From positions 767,339 through 831,338 of the forward strand of contig NMRA01000023.1 in assembly GCA_002633005.1 (NCBI GenBank): DNA of 64,000 nt, written 5' to 3'. Positions within the stretch are counted from its first letter, which is position 1; the number at the start of each line of letters is the position of its first letter. This stretch comes from Phoronis australis (lineage: Eukaryota; Animalia; Phoronida). A model generated the notes under the pieces. That model was given only the letters and a program-made list of their open reading frames with translations. It was not told the DNA's origin and searched no databases. The translations under genes and the position numbers were made by a program. Shown piece by piece: positions 37,156 through 49,991 of the stretch.

Positions 37156-40100
37156 CCTAATGGATATAAACAGCATTGAGCTCGATTTATGATTGTCAGG
37201 CTTATTCTAAGAATCATGTCGCACCCACGGCGACTTCTAAAGCTTCTCTATAATTTTGTGCCCCCGGAACTGGCTGTAGCCCTGGCAGCACAGCACTAAA
37301 ACTCCGTACATGCATGGGGAGGTTGAATACAGTTGCGTTCGAGAAAAAAAAAAACTAAACAATACAGGGCACCAACAATTTACACTCAGGAGAAACTCCA
37401 ATGGCGCGAAAAGAGGCCAGAGAAGTGCTTGGTGTTCAGTTGCAGCATTGTAGGTACTACAATTATTCCAGTGTGCTGTGTAGCCCAGGACCATCCTATT
37501 TGTACTTGCATTGTATCATGAAAGTTTACCCTCAATCACTACGCCACTTGTATGGAAATTTACCCTGTGAAATGATGGAGAACGACTTGCATAATTCCTT
37601 TGTAAACATCGGTGGGCATGCTTTGATTTGAAAGTTTGTAGTATGCATGTACGGTAGAGGCCGGAATAAGCCGGAATTGAAATTTCGTTAATCATTATGA
37701 TCTAAAAATCTGATCTTACTGTATAATCACTGTGATGTTCTTGCAACGTTCACGCGTTATAGAGAATCGGTTCTTCTCTGGCTATACCCTCAGGCGGGTG
37801 CAAACATAAACCATACGTTTTTTATTGTGTGGTTGATTTTTTGCCGGTGAAATTTGAATCTGTTAGTAATTATCTAAAGTGCACTTCGGATTTCAATTAC
37901 CTTGTACACATCAATCATCCTGCTGGTGTTTGGACGGGAATGAAAATATAAATATAACTTGGGCAATTAGTAAACAGGCCAGTAGGAAGGTATTCTACAA
38001 AAAATCGACTTTGGGGCAAATTCGCCCCAGCCCATTCAAGTCGCCAACGTTTTCGTCCCGTGATTGCCTCACATTTCGTGCCGACTTCCATCTCCCTGGC
38101 TTGACGGTCGTCCCCAACTTGACCACGCTCAGACGTTCACCACAGGCGCAGTGGAAAACAATTCGGAAAAAATGCGCATTTCATCAGCTGACGCCGAAGC
38201 ATCAATCTCTTAAAGAGATATTGTCGCTTCTAAGGCAGAAATAATACAATTCTTGGTTTATTAATGGACGGATAACTTAAATTTCAAAGTTATTGGACGT
38301 AAAGCAATAAAATCCGATGCTTTTGTGATTTTATTGCAAGTACGTTGCTATTTCTCACCATTGGCTGCCACATACATGTATTCTCACATTCGCTGAAATA
38401 AAGGCTGGTGACGTCAGTAGAGTCATTGGGATTTGGCTCAACTAGAACAGCGTTTGACTGCAACTGCAACAGTTCCAGGATCGAATCTACGCTGGGGCTC
38501 ATTTATGGTCAGTGACAAAACCGCCTTTCACCTCTGATGTCATTTTTAAAAGTGACACACCCACCTTACATCACAGTACGTAGGATACCATAAGAGGGGG
38601 CAACATGTTGCCTCGAAGAATTGGGCAAAGCGTGACCGGACGGCGACACGATTCCGCCACGCCCCGGGAGTGAGCCCGCCCCCTTCGTTGCCGTTCCTAG
38701 TTAGTGTACTCTATATTTCCTCACGCTGTAGCTGTTTAATTTTGCTTTCGCCCCCCCCTAAATCCGCCGATGCACCACCATCATAAAACTACTTTTGAGA
38801 TAGACCATCGTTACCGTTATGTTATTTTAAGTCTCACATTGGCCTTTAGTCAAATTAGTGATGCCTTCAGGGCTGAGGAAGAACTCGCCGACAGCTGTTG
38901 CTTATGACTAAATTCTAATTGTCTTGTCATGGCGCGTCATTTTATTCACCAAGCATGGTTTCAACTATTGACGATCCGTCAGTTCTTAGCAAACTAAGAA
39001 ATCACCACTCATGATGACCTGAGTACAAACAAGTTGAGACAGATTTTGTAGCCGTTTTAACGAGTTAATTCACATTGGCAAAAAATAACCTCTTAAGTGG
39101 TCAAAAATATTTATTTCCCAGAATTTCGACTAGCTCAAAATTCATTGAGCATCAATTCCTTACTATTGCAAGTAAGATTTTCTGATAAACGGCAAATTTC
39201 CTATTAGCTGCCGGTTTCCTTCGTGGGGTGTACCGGTTACATTAACATGTAAATCAACTAATGAAGATCTGCAGGTTACACTAAGCAAACAACCTCGACA
39301 TGTTGAACCGTTTCATATACGGCATCCCTGTATAAAATCTAATGGCGCCCAAGGAATTCCTTTCGAGATATCGCAAGATTTTTTTGCGATTTCCGACACG
39401 GGGTATTCCGCGGAGTCTTTGGTGGATCCCCCAAGAAGTATTTCAGAATGCATGCGTTTTGAAGTGAACAGTTTGAAAAATAAGTCGCTCATGCACTGTT
39501 AGCTAAGGCACAAGTAGTTCAGACGCCAAAGGAGAAACAATATTTCTTGATGAGTATAGGAGTGACAATTTACAGCAATAATTTGATAGTGGAAATCCCG
39601 AGTGACAAAAAGTTACATGTTCATCGTAATCTAATACACAATTGAATTGTGGTGCTGTCACACTGCACGTGGCTGTTGTACACGTGACTAGTATTGTATG
39701 TGACGCAAACCATGCTGTAGCTAGCCTCCGCGGACTTGATGAAATATTCCCTACACCAACCTTCTTCAGTATAGGCGGATTTAAGGAGGGGGCCCCATGG
39801 CTGCCGCAAAATATAAAACAGCAGGAGCGTAGGGAAATGTTGAGTTTATTAATTAACCCCAGTAATTAACATTATACGGCCGAAACAAGATTTATATGTG
39901 TGCAGTTTTAGTTTCCGTCGTCTGCTTCACTGTGCAATGAAGAAAATTACTTCATTTTTTAAAGAAAATGAAATCTGAGGGACGATGAAAAAAACAGAAG
40001 CTGCTGGTAAGATGTGAATTTTAATCGAAGCCTTAGTGAATCACTCAGAAATTCATGATTCTCTCTTTGTCAAACCTTGACTTAAGACGATTTTCAATGC

Positions 40101-42836
40101 AATCGTGTCTTGATGCCAACACAAAAAACGGATTTGGTCTTTTGGGCAATTGAAGACTATTATAAATACAACAAATTTGTTACGAACTGGTTGCACGGTT
40201 TCGCGCGCAGCTGCACACTAAAAATCCAGTCTTACTGGTTACATGGGCCGGCCGGGATATATAGGTGACTGGGCAATAGTGAGATATAACGTGTTCATAT
40301 TTTGGGAACCAGTTTGGTGCCCATTATTCAGTGGAGAGAACTGGTTCTCCAAACGCAGGTACGAGTTTATATCCGACTGGTGACCGAGACAATAAAAATT
40401 GTCAAAGAAAAAAACCGTGAGACCCACGACAATACCACTTTTACTGATCTAACGCCATTTGCTCTACCGAAGCGACACCCGATCGTTACCACAGAAGCAT
40501 AATAGTATCCCCGGCCGAGACGCTACAGAGGAACCTGCGCCAGTAGGCTACTCGGTATATCATTTCTGGAGTTATTTAGTTGCATGATTGTCCACGAGGT
40601 GACGTTGTCGGCTCCAATGAGCTATTTATCTCATTGGTCGGCTCTCGGCAGCCACATTGGATTTTTGGGTGAGGCTATAGTACATGGACCGCCAACTCGT
40701 CAGTATGACTTTCAATGGACGAAATCTGTGCTCTTGCTGAAGCAATGACGTCATATTCACTAGCGACACCTGACCAAATTATCAGGAGTTATTTTCGACA
40801 AGTACGTCGTCTGCTAATCAGGGTCAGCTGTTGCGTGGTCACAACTAGCCGGAAACTGCACAGATAATTAAGGATAGTACCGCCTCCTCTTGGGTACCAC
40901 GTAAGAAAATGTCGGAGTTTCGAATCTGTGGAATGCACACTCCTTGGTGACACTCAAACGTTACCTCGTTTTTGGCTCCTCAGGCAGGGTGAACTGAGGG
41001 AAAGCAGTTTATTTCTTTTCTACAACAAAACCGCAAAATATGAAACATATGCAGGTACTGAACAAACACAATGCTTGCCTACGGTCTAAAAACCTGTGTT
41101 TGCTTTTTGATGGACACAGCAAACCTTATAGCCGGCCTGCCAAAAAAAACGAGCAAAATACACAAAAAGTTGGCAGCTTTCAACCGATAACAAAGACTCG
41201 CATGTAACTACTTGGCGCCAGCAGACAACACACTCAGAATGCAAAAACACTCCAGATTCCAAAATTTAGAAAGGTGTTAACCAGACCGTTTTTTGCTAAT
41301 CTGAAAAGCCTGCCGAGGGGTACTTGAATTTCAAACCAAAACTTGCCTTGCCTACACGAAGTGATCGAGTGTTTACGATCGAACAACAACGGCTGCAAAA
41401 AATAGGTCAAGGGGGCAACAACCTCGATTTTTTTTCAAAATTAAACAAGCGGATAATCCTAGCCAACACGCCTACAGTGAACCTCAAAATGTCCGGCAGC
41501 CAATCCATTTGACTGGAGCTCGGAAAAACTATTGAGTGCCACCTTAAGCCAGGACAATAAAGTGTAGCCTTTGTTCTCGTGGAACAGTGTTCGTTTTCTC
41601 CTCATTAGCGCTGCCGTAACATCCGGGTCTTGGGCAACTGGGCAAGAAAGGAAAGGCAAAAATGTTTCTAAAATATCTTGAAGCACCGACCCTCCGTTGG
41701 ATTTTTATGCGAAAAGTGACCGTTTTGAAGACGGGGGCTTGTATTTAACAAAACTAGCATTTTCCGTTCCTTGTGTAGTTTTAAGCAACAATGAGCGCGC
41801 TTTCCGTCAAAGGAATTTACTTTTGATTTATACGACGTATCTATAGGCCGTAGTCCCAGCTCTACCATCTTGTATAGTACATGTACATGTACACTGTACA
41901 TGTAGCGATACAAAATTGGTCGGTGTCAACTGCAGCTTGCTCATTAACCTATACTCAGAGGAAGAAAACTGATTTGTGGGCTTAATGCAAAGAACTGGCC
42001 GCAAGAGACCGCACTTGTCGAATATGATGACCGGCCGTAACATGAGCCAGAAAATGAACGTATCGTTAGTTTAAGCTCAGAATATAATGCCGTAATGTCG
42101 AAGGTACAGCTTAAAACCAGTCTCATATCGGGAAGAGGACTAAATCTAAAGATTTTTTGTGAGGGAAGCAACTTTAATCTAACTTGAAACCGACACATTT
42201 AATTTTTAGAGAAATTACTGTGAGAAAGACGTCTTTCTGAGCAACGTATTCGGTATACAATGGTGCTGAATGCATTTGTCCTTAGTAGAACGCCTTAGAG
42301 ATGTGCTTTTAGCCGGGTAGGTTTCCCCGTCTGAATACGCATGAGAAGACACTCGATGACGATTCGAAACTAATTAACTAATTAGGCTTCATAGTAAAAA
42401 TAGAAGGCTCCGCAGATATGTTAGAGTGCATTCTCTGGAATCTGTTCCACACTTTAGTTTTTTGCGCATACTAGGGCCTATCCAGTAAAAAGATGAAAGA
42501 TAATCCAGCACAGCGGCAAGATCTACTAGACGAAGGCATCGAGCATATCAAATGTTCCATACTGCCCTTCATAAAAGGCCAGTGGAATGATGTTTTCTGG
42601 AAATTGTGATTGCAGATGAAAAGAAATAATTAAAAAATATATCATTTACCGTGAAGATTTTGACAATATTATGTACAATAACAATAATGATTACAATGGC
42701 TAGTTATCGAAAACAAGATGAACGGTCACAATCATTCTCATGTCTTGGCAACAAAATGGACCCTCTTAGGGTACCTCGACGGTTAAGCTGTTGCGTCTCT
42801 CAGTAACACAGAAACCAATGGTTGCAACTTTTGTCC

Positions 42837-44786
42837 TCATTGGCTGTCAGTCCTTTTGGCACGGAAAGCATCCCTGAAGACCACATGCATCTGTATATTA
42901 TAATTTTTCGGTGCATCGTTAGCCTTTTGTTCCTGCGCGCGATGATGCGGTATTCTTAGAGGTATGTGACTTCTCCGAAACTTTAACAAAACAACGAAAA
43001 GAGCGCTTGTCAACAGAAGTCCCAATGAAACACCAGCGCCTATAAGTAGACCGAGGTAGCTCAGTTGCCGCTCCTCTTCAATTTCTGTAAAAGTCAAGAA
43101 TTCATAAGGGTATAGTAACGAATTGCACAAATACACTTCCCCTCAAGACAGCATTGCTCGAAGAACGTGACTAAACCAGGCGCGCATGCAGAAGAGGTCT
43201 ATGAAGTCCCCACTTTCCCTGCCCGTTTGTTTGCCCATTGTCTGACCCCTAGACTAAATCCTAAATCCGCACACATAAACACAACATTTGATATCAAAGT
43301 TAATAACGAGCATGACGGAGTTTGAACATCGCCATCTTCAGCGCCATCGTCAAAATAGTACTAATAAATCTCTTCCTAGGGCAGATTATTTGGATTTCAG
43401 ATACTATGAAGCAAGGGAGGGACCCGAATATTTTGATCTTTCTACGCCGGTATTGTATCCTTATGAATAATTTTGTGCCATGGACGCAAGAGAGTCGCTC
43501 CAGATGTCTCCTATTTTAATAAGTTTTGTTGTAACACTGCCAAAATCAAAAGTTACATTTTTTTACAGAAAGCGGGCATGTGGCAACTTTGATCCTCGTT
43601 TATTCGTTTATTCAAACTTCTTGCGATGGTGGTTAGCTTACAGAGTGTTCATGATGGATTTTTTAAAGGTCAAGTTTGCCGCGTGCGTTCTTTCTATACA
43701 TACATGTACTACAGCCCACTTACTTACGCCACGCACGGATGTTTAGTCAGGCAAGTAATCTACACTAAAACGTGTCGTTTGTGATCAATGTTTACTTTGT
43801 TAAAAGTATTCAAAGAAATATTAAAAGTGGTTTATCGACAATACATAATGGTGGTGGTCAGGGTATCGATTTCCTCCATCGGCCAAAAGCACCATTTTTT
43901 TCGTTAAGTTCAAGGTGATTGTCAACCTCAGTAGAGTTATTTCATATTTTATTAAAGCTGTATTCCGCCCTGCTGAGCTGGCTAAAACACTTACGATCTC
44001 TTAATATTCCTGTCCGTGATAAATAATGAAGATTTGCGGCGATGTTTTTAGAAGAAACTTGATGGCTAATATGTCTGTTGTTTGTTGTCGCCAGAACTAC
44101 TCTTCAAATACGAAGTTGCCGGCAGTTTATTTAAAACACATGTTCAAAATACAATGTTGCAAACTTCACAAAAAAGGGGTAACGTGATTATAATCGATTG
44201 TGCAACAGATGTTAGTTTGGATGCACTGGTGAAGAATTTCAGTCATTAAGGATTCAGAAGATACAACGGGATAAAAATGGACAGTTAAAGCTGCATTTCG
44301 CTGCTCTCAGGAAAATCATGAAAACAGTCATTATTTTGAAACTTCATGATAGATTAATGGAGTTTCTTCATTCAGAGTTTACTGGCAAGCTCTAACGGGT
44401 ATCGAGGCTGTTTACATTGTATATGTACATTCTACCGATAGCATACTCACTTATGTTCACTTCAACAGAAGTAGTCGCAGTTTTCCCAGCAGTAGAATTC
44501 TTGACAAAATAGAAAGCATAGCACGAGTAAACTCCCGTGTCGTTCTCGTCGACATTTTCGCGCTCTAAAACGATTGAATTGTTCCCTTTCCTTGAAATTT
44601 TTACTCCTTGTGCAGCGTTCGTTTTTATTTCAGTGCTGACACTAGATGGGGCGAACTTCCATCCCAGAGTGCAGTTAGCGAACAGGCGGTCTTGCATGAG
44701 GAATGTGCATTCTAATTGAAGCCGACTGGACTTAGTGATCACAATTGGATTTGATGGTTCGATTTTTAACCATTTCGAGGTTGCAT
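42837..44786 (-). CDS. 3' exons of an Ig-superfamily single-pass membrane protein (partial)
   Basis: Phase 1-1 exon 44451-44786 encodes one Ig domain (LQLEC..WKF..IVLERENVDENDTGVYSCYA..VEVNI). Exon 42837-43084 encodes a TM helix (YLGLLIGAGVSLGLLLTSALFVVLL), a basic stop-transfer segment KFRR and a short tail to TGA. Upstream exons were not identified. Confidence 0.75.
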
Positions 44787-44916
44787 CTGTAAAAAGAGCA
44801 AATGTGTAAATACATGTTTCCCACACAAATACAGTCACACATACAGTGAACGGCGGGCTATTAAGAAACAAGTCGATATTTAAATAATATTGCCAGGAGG
44901 ACAATAAGATACTAGT

Positions 44917-45120
44917 AATGATAACGATAACAACACAAACAACAATAACAAAAACAGCAAAAACAAAAACAGCAAAAGCAACAACAACAAAAACAACAAC
45001 AACAACAAAAACAACAGCAACAAAAACAACAAGAACAAAAACAACAACAACACAAAACCAACAAAAACAACAACAACAGTAAAACAACAACAAAAACAAT
45101 AACAGCAAGAAACAACAACC
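44917..45120. repeat. (CAA/AAAAAC)n low-complexity microsatellite
   Basis: Degenerate ACA/AAC triplet run; produces spurious poly-V/L/C ORFs. Confidence 0.9.
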
Positions 45121-45652
45121 ATGAGACGGCAATAGTATTAGTCATTGACAGCTACGATTAAGATATTGGTAATAATTTCAGTATTTATTTCTATGTATTT
45201 TTTCAATCGCCGCCTTTTCTGTGGCCACCAGAGCATTACGTGTACTTCAATGTAAAACAATTAGGCGGGTCTACATGCCAATACACCCGTAAAACACCAC
45301 GAACTTCGTCATATACTCCGGCAAAACTAATGGACGAAGAGCTTGGGACAACAGTTCCCCAAGATGTCGTTTTTTTAAGCGACACGATCTCATGCACTAT
45401 TGAATTTCTTGCACTGACCAACGCTAATAGTGCCGGTGTATACATGCATAACCACTCGATTACTCAGTGAGCACCCAAGGCAAATTCTTCAACAATTTGG
45501 CAATGAAGCTAATAAATCTGAACTGTAGAGAAGGAATCTTCAGTTTGTTTCATATGTGATCGTTTCTATACCCTTCTAGGTGCTTATACTCTACTGGCAA
45601 CTGAGCAGGTTCACAAAGTGCTTTTGATACAAAATGTATCCTGCCGCATGCT

Positions 45653-45802
45653 CGCAGACTTGATATTTAAGCCTCGTTCCAACCACCATCACCCAAGCGG
45701 CTTCGTGAAAGTTGCCAGCACACTTGATATCTAAACCTCGTTCAAACCACCATCACGCAATCGGCCTCGTGAATGCTGCCCGCAGACTTGACATTTAAAC
45801 CT
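45653..45802. repeat. ~64-bp tandem repeat, ~2.3 copies
   Basis: GCAGACTTGATATTTAAGCCTCGTTCCAACCACCATCAC... recurs at ~45718 and partially at ~45782. Confidence 0.75.
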
Positions 45803-45964
45803 CTACATGTACTGACTTCCCTATTTGGAATGTCACATATGGGTTAACTAGCATGACAGGCACCTTCGCATTCAAACAGGCGGACTCAGTGTAGATAATA
45901 CATACAGTAAAAATCGTTTGTTTGATATTTCATTATTGTTCAGTACATTTTGTGTAGTCATCTG

Positions 45965-46113
45965 GGCCCAGTTGCATAAAAGTTATACGCTGTTCAGCAA
46001 CAATGACGTCGCATTATCACGCGTCGCGTTGGTATTGTTGAGCAATCCACCTGACGTAATGCAACAATCAAACTTATCCAGCTATAACTTTTGAATCTTT
46101 ATGCAACTCAGCC
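45965..46113. mobile_element. Harbinger-like MITE (CTG TSD)
   Basis: CTG|GGCCCAGTTGCATAAAAG...CTTTTATGCAACTCAGCC|CTG. Confidence 0.65.
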
Positions 46114-46705
46114 CTGAACTATAAATACAATCATGACTTGTAACAAATGATCACGTGACGAGACAGAAACTGATGAGTGCAGTCAGCAAGGGGTGACTCT
46201 GAAATGAACACAGTGGGGGCGGCGGGCGTTTTTTTTTGCAATGAACAATTAAGGTGCCCAGCTAGTGTTGCAATCGCATAACAGGGGAGCCTCGATGTCT
46301 TGGCTGGTATAAATGCATGTATCCGAGTTCTATCATAGTGCAACTACAGTACTTGCATTACAGTTATCGTTGCTCAGAATTACATCACTACTTCATGTAA
46401 AATAGCGTGTACTGTAGCTCTTTACATCGGCACATACTGTGCTACATAACTACATGTATGTACAGCTCACTAGTAACGATTAACGTGTAAGCACGCATTT
46501 AGACTCGCGCACTCGATGTGAAATTGCACATACATCTGCGCCAGTAGACAAACAAACACCAAAGTGCAGCGAAATATGTGACTGTATTCAAACGCAAACT
46601 CGTGATACAAAAGCGAGAGAAGCAGACGTCTCGACAAGGGTCGCACAAACGTATGTGCCATAACAATGACAAACTAACTAATAACTGGCGCTGATATATT
46701 TGGGT

Positions 46706-47026
46706 ACTGCAGAGGTACCATAGAATCATGCGCACGACCTACCTTACGCACGACCCACCTACGAACCTATCTTTATACATGCATACAAACCCACGGATCA
46801 TGCATACGAATCCAAAAATCATGAATCATGACCAACACAAGTCATACGCACGAGCATCCGAATCCGTAGGCACGAACCACCATACGATAAAGTGTTCGTG
46901 CATGATTTTGTGTTCGTACATGTGTGCGTGATTCCTGGGTTCGCATGCATGATTCATATGTTTGCCGTAGGTGTTAAGTGCGTAAGGTGCGATGCTTGTG
47001 GGAATGAGTCTATATGGTACCCTGTA
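46706..47026. mobile_element. Degenerate foldback MITE
   Basis: CAGAGGTACCATAGAATC..CCTTACGCAC..ATGCATACAAACCCACGGATCATGCA mirrored by TGCGTGATTCCTGGGTTCGCATGCAT..GTGCGTAAGG..GAGTCTATATGGTACCCTG. Confidence 0.6.
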
Positions 47027-47314
47027 CTAAAGGAGCAACTAAGTATGTATGCTAAGCACCTGAGCACTGTGAATTTTTTGAAGGAAAGAAAACACTAATT
47101 CAATCTAATATGCTTAAAGGCGAAGGCAACCTTTTAATTTTTAATTTTATTAATTATTCGTCCGCTTTTCCGGAAGTGACGTTTTAGGAGGCAAGCGCTT
47201 CCCGCCAATTTCTTTTCACATAGTCTGACTGTGCGAGCTGCCGAGTCAGTCATTGTTCTACCTCGGTTGTGTTAAGTTCCGTCGTCGTTCGCTTTCATTT
47301 ACTAGTCAGTCAAC

Positions 47315-48386
47315 TTGCCACACTGTTGCTGCGTACCGGGATGTAGTAATTATCGGCTCACGCGCGCTTTGGGAGTGCCTTTGCATCGCTTTCCGATGGA
47401 TGACACACTTCGCCGTACTTGGCTCGTTCGTGTGAAGAACGCAGCGTTACCCGTCCACGCAACGTACAAAGCAGTGGAGAATTACCGTGTGTGTGGCAAG
47501 CACTTTCTGCCGTCCGATTACGAAAGGGATTTGTACGCTGAACTGATGAAGGTCCCCGCGAAACAACGCTTGAAGAAGGATGCCATTCCGTCTGTGTTGA
47601 TTCCCGGCAGTGCCCCGTCGCCACCCCCGAGAAGTGCGTTTTTGAAGCGAGAAGCCTCGCGAGCTGTGGCCAGTACAGTGACTGGAGCCAGTGGAGGCAC
47701 TTCATCTACTGTCACCCGTGCCTCCGAACGTACCCCAGAGCGTGCAATTCCTGGAACCAGTAGTGATTCGCCCTGTGCTGTTTTCTCCAGCCCAGAGCCT
47801 CTAAGCAGCCCTGCAGCGATATTGAGTAGTGGGAGTGATTACAGGCCCAGTTCGACACCCAGTGAAGAGGACAGTTCGTCGTCCAGTGAACAGATCGGTG
47901 AGCCAAACTTTGATAAGTTTATTGTGGACTTGTCTAAAGTGTTGGAGCTATTTAGAAGGTGCCAGGTGTGTGGCGAGGGAGTCACACGACACAATGTAAG
48001 CAGTTTGGGTGCTCAGGTCACCATCCAGTGGGAGTGTGTCACGGGACACTCTGGCAAGTGGGACAGTTGTTCCTCTGTCCGTGGTATGCCGGAGGTCCAC
48101 TTAACCATGTCCAGTGGTGTGCTCTTCACTGGAAACACGTTTCAGTCGGTGAAGACAATGATGGACTTTGGAAAAGTCAAGTTTTTTTTCGAAAACAACA
48201 TTCAACAACATTCAGAATTCCTATTTAATACCAGTTGTCAATGACGCATACATGTCACAACATCTCGAGTTGGTGGCGGAATTCATGGAGAAGGAGAACT
48301 TGTCTGACTCACCAGGGCGGTCCGCCAAGTATACCACATACACTCTAATGGAGGAAGAGACCAAAAAGATAATTGATGTGGAACTC
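47315..48386 (+). pseudogene. THAP-domain transposase, frameshifted and 3'-truncated
   Basis: THAP C2CH finger (CCVPGC..LHRFP..W..RVCGKHF..RLKKDAIPS), then FIVDLSKVLELFRRCQVC..WECVTGH..W. Frameshift in the T-run at ~48182-48189; then DSPGRSAKYTTYTLM..KIIDVEL (start of the catalytic region). The start codon is TTG in place of ATG. Confidence 0.85.
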
Positions 48387-48656
48387 GGAACAGCACAAGC
48401 ATTCAATTGAGGTAGGCATAACAACGCACACAGTGCATTTGCACCAAGATGTGTCACCACGTCTGTCTTCAGTAGCCGCCTCGTTTCTCTCAACAGCTGC
48501 CTGTGCCTGTGTGTACTCTGCCTCGTTGTACTCGGGCTCAAACATGTACCCACCCACTGAATGTCCGTGAAAAAATTCCTCGTCACCACTGCTGTGAACA
48601 AGGTCTCCGTCACTCACACTACTGTCACTGTGATACGGGTCACCGACTCCAGCCAT
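48381..48656 (-). pseudogene. Truncated P2X7-C-terminal (ballast)/Nanor-like Cys-rich accessory gene
   Basis: MAGVGDPY..acidic..GYMFEPEY..RRGDTSWCKCTVCVVMPTSIECLCCSE, the pattern typical of 'P2X purinoceptor 7-like' transposon proteins. It ends at the junction with the transposase. Confidence 0.8.
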
Positions 48657-49044
48657 TTTCAGCTTACAACACACTAAACAATCCCTAAATCCAACGCAGT
48701 TGAGTTCTCTACTAACCTATCTTGCCGCAGAATACTCGCCGATGGAAAGTGGTGGCGACAATTGGTGAAAAATAGCACAAAACAAAAGTAGAATAGAACA
48801 GATTCGCACAGTAAGCTCAACGCAAAACCAAGTGGCGGGAAGCGCTTGCCTCCTAAAACGTCACTTCCGGAAAAGCGGACGAGTAATTAATAAAATTACG
48901 AAAAGCTGTAATTAAGTGAAAAATATGTCTAGGATAACCAACCAACCTTATTTTAGCTCAAAATGACATGGAAAAAGGTTGCCTTCGCCTTTAAGCGCGT
49001 GTGCCTAAATGCCTGGATGTCAACTTAAGTTAATTAGCCAAAAC

Positions 49045-49177
49045 ACCTTACAACTTAACGAGTGGGTTTGAGCTCACCCTACCCACGAGGTTGGACCGCT
49101 GAGGTCGTAAGTACGAATCAGTCTTGATGATGACCTCAGAAAACATCTTTCTCGCCGACTATGCCATTTTAGGCTCA
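49045..49177 (-). mobile_element. Possible tRNA-derived SINE head
   Basis: Minus strand: TGGCATAGTCGG (A-box-like) ... GAGCTCAAACCC (B-box-like). Confidence 0.35.
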
Positions 49178-49991
49178 TCAAAGTCATGCCTTAGCCTCGT
49201 TAAGTTAATTAATGCTAATGTTTGCCCTAGGATAAAACTGCTAGTGAAACAACCTATGACCACAACTGGGACTGCCACCAAGTCCCATCTAAATGAATTC
49301 AAACCATGGGAAATGATTGACATTGTAATTCAGTCACCTGAAGTACTCGGTGCAAAAATATAAAAATATCCTTCGGAAAATATACGTGAACATTCGTCTC
49401 CAAAACGTTGGGAGAAGTGTTTAATTTTCTAGACGATCTTGTGAACATTTTTTCGCATCAAGTGTCATGCATACATTGATTTACTCAATTCTAGTTTAGA
49501 TCATAATCCTTTTAAATTTAATGTCGATAAAATTGTACTGATTAAAACTGAGTCTCCTTAACCAGTCTTTCAATTACACACTGCTTCACGACTGCGACAG
49601 TAATCCTTCTTGTATGTGTTTACATAATTATACCGTAATGTTGCATTCGGAATGCCACTCAGAAGGTGTGCGATTTTCTCCGAACAAATTATCAGCCAAG
49701 GCCACTTTTTCATGGAAAATTGCATACGAATGGCTCATTTTCATGTTTACACCAGTTTGTTGTACATTTAAGACAGAGTCTTGGTTTTTCGCCATAACTG
49801 CGCATTTATTTATTTTTCAAGAAATCCTACTAAGGGTAAAGTTCAGTTCCGGTCTGGAAAAATTCGAAATATGTCACATGTTTATGCCGAAAAACACTAG
49901 AAATCAAGAGCCCGAAAATCGAAACCGAACCGAGACAAGAAAGTTGGCACCTTCTCCGCCCTAGTGTCGTTGCTTCAAAAATACCAATTAG

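Larger units (their letters stand above)
47118..48990 (+). mobile_element. Kolobok-type DNA transposon, internally deleted (1873 bp)
   Basis: TTAA TSD (47114-47117 and 48991-48994), perfect 18-bp TIR AGGCGAAGGCAACCTTTT, ~65-bp subterminal inverted repeat (47140-47206 / 48833-48898), and two convergent ORFs. Confidence 0.88.

Noticed and set aside
44787-45145. Poly-Cys/Val/Leu ORFs and the N-terminal half of the 246-aa ORF
   Set aside because: Translation of an intronic CAA microsatellite; the real exon starts at the acceptor before 44786.
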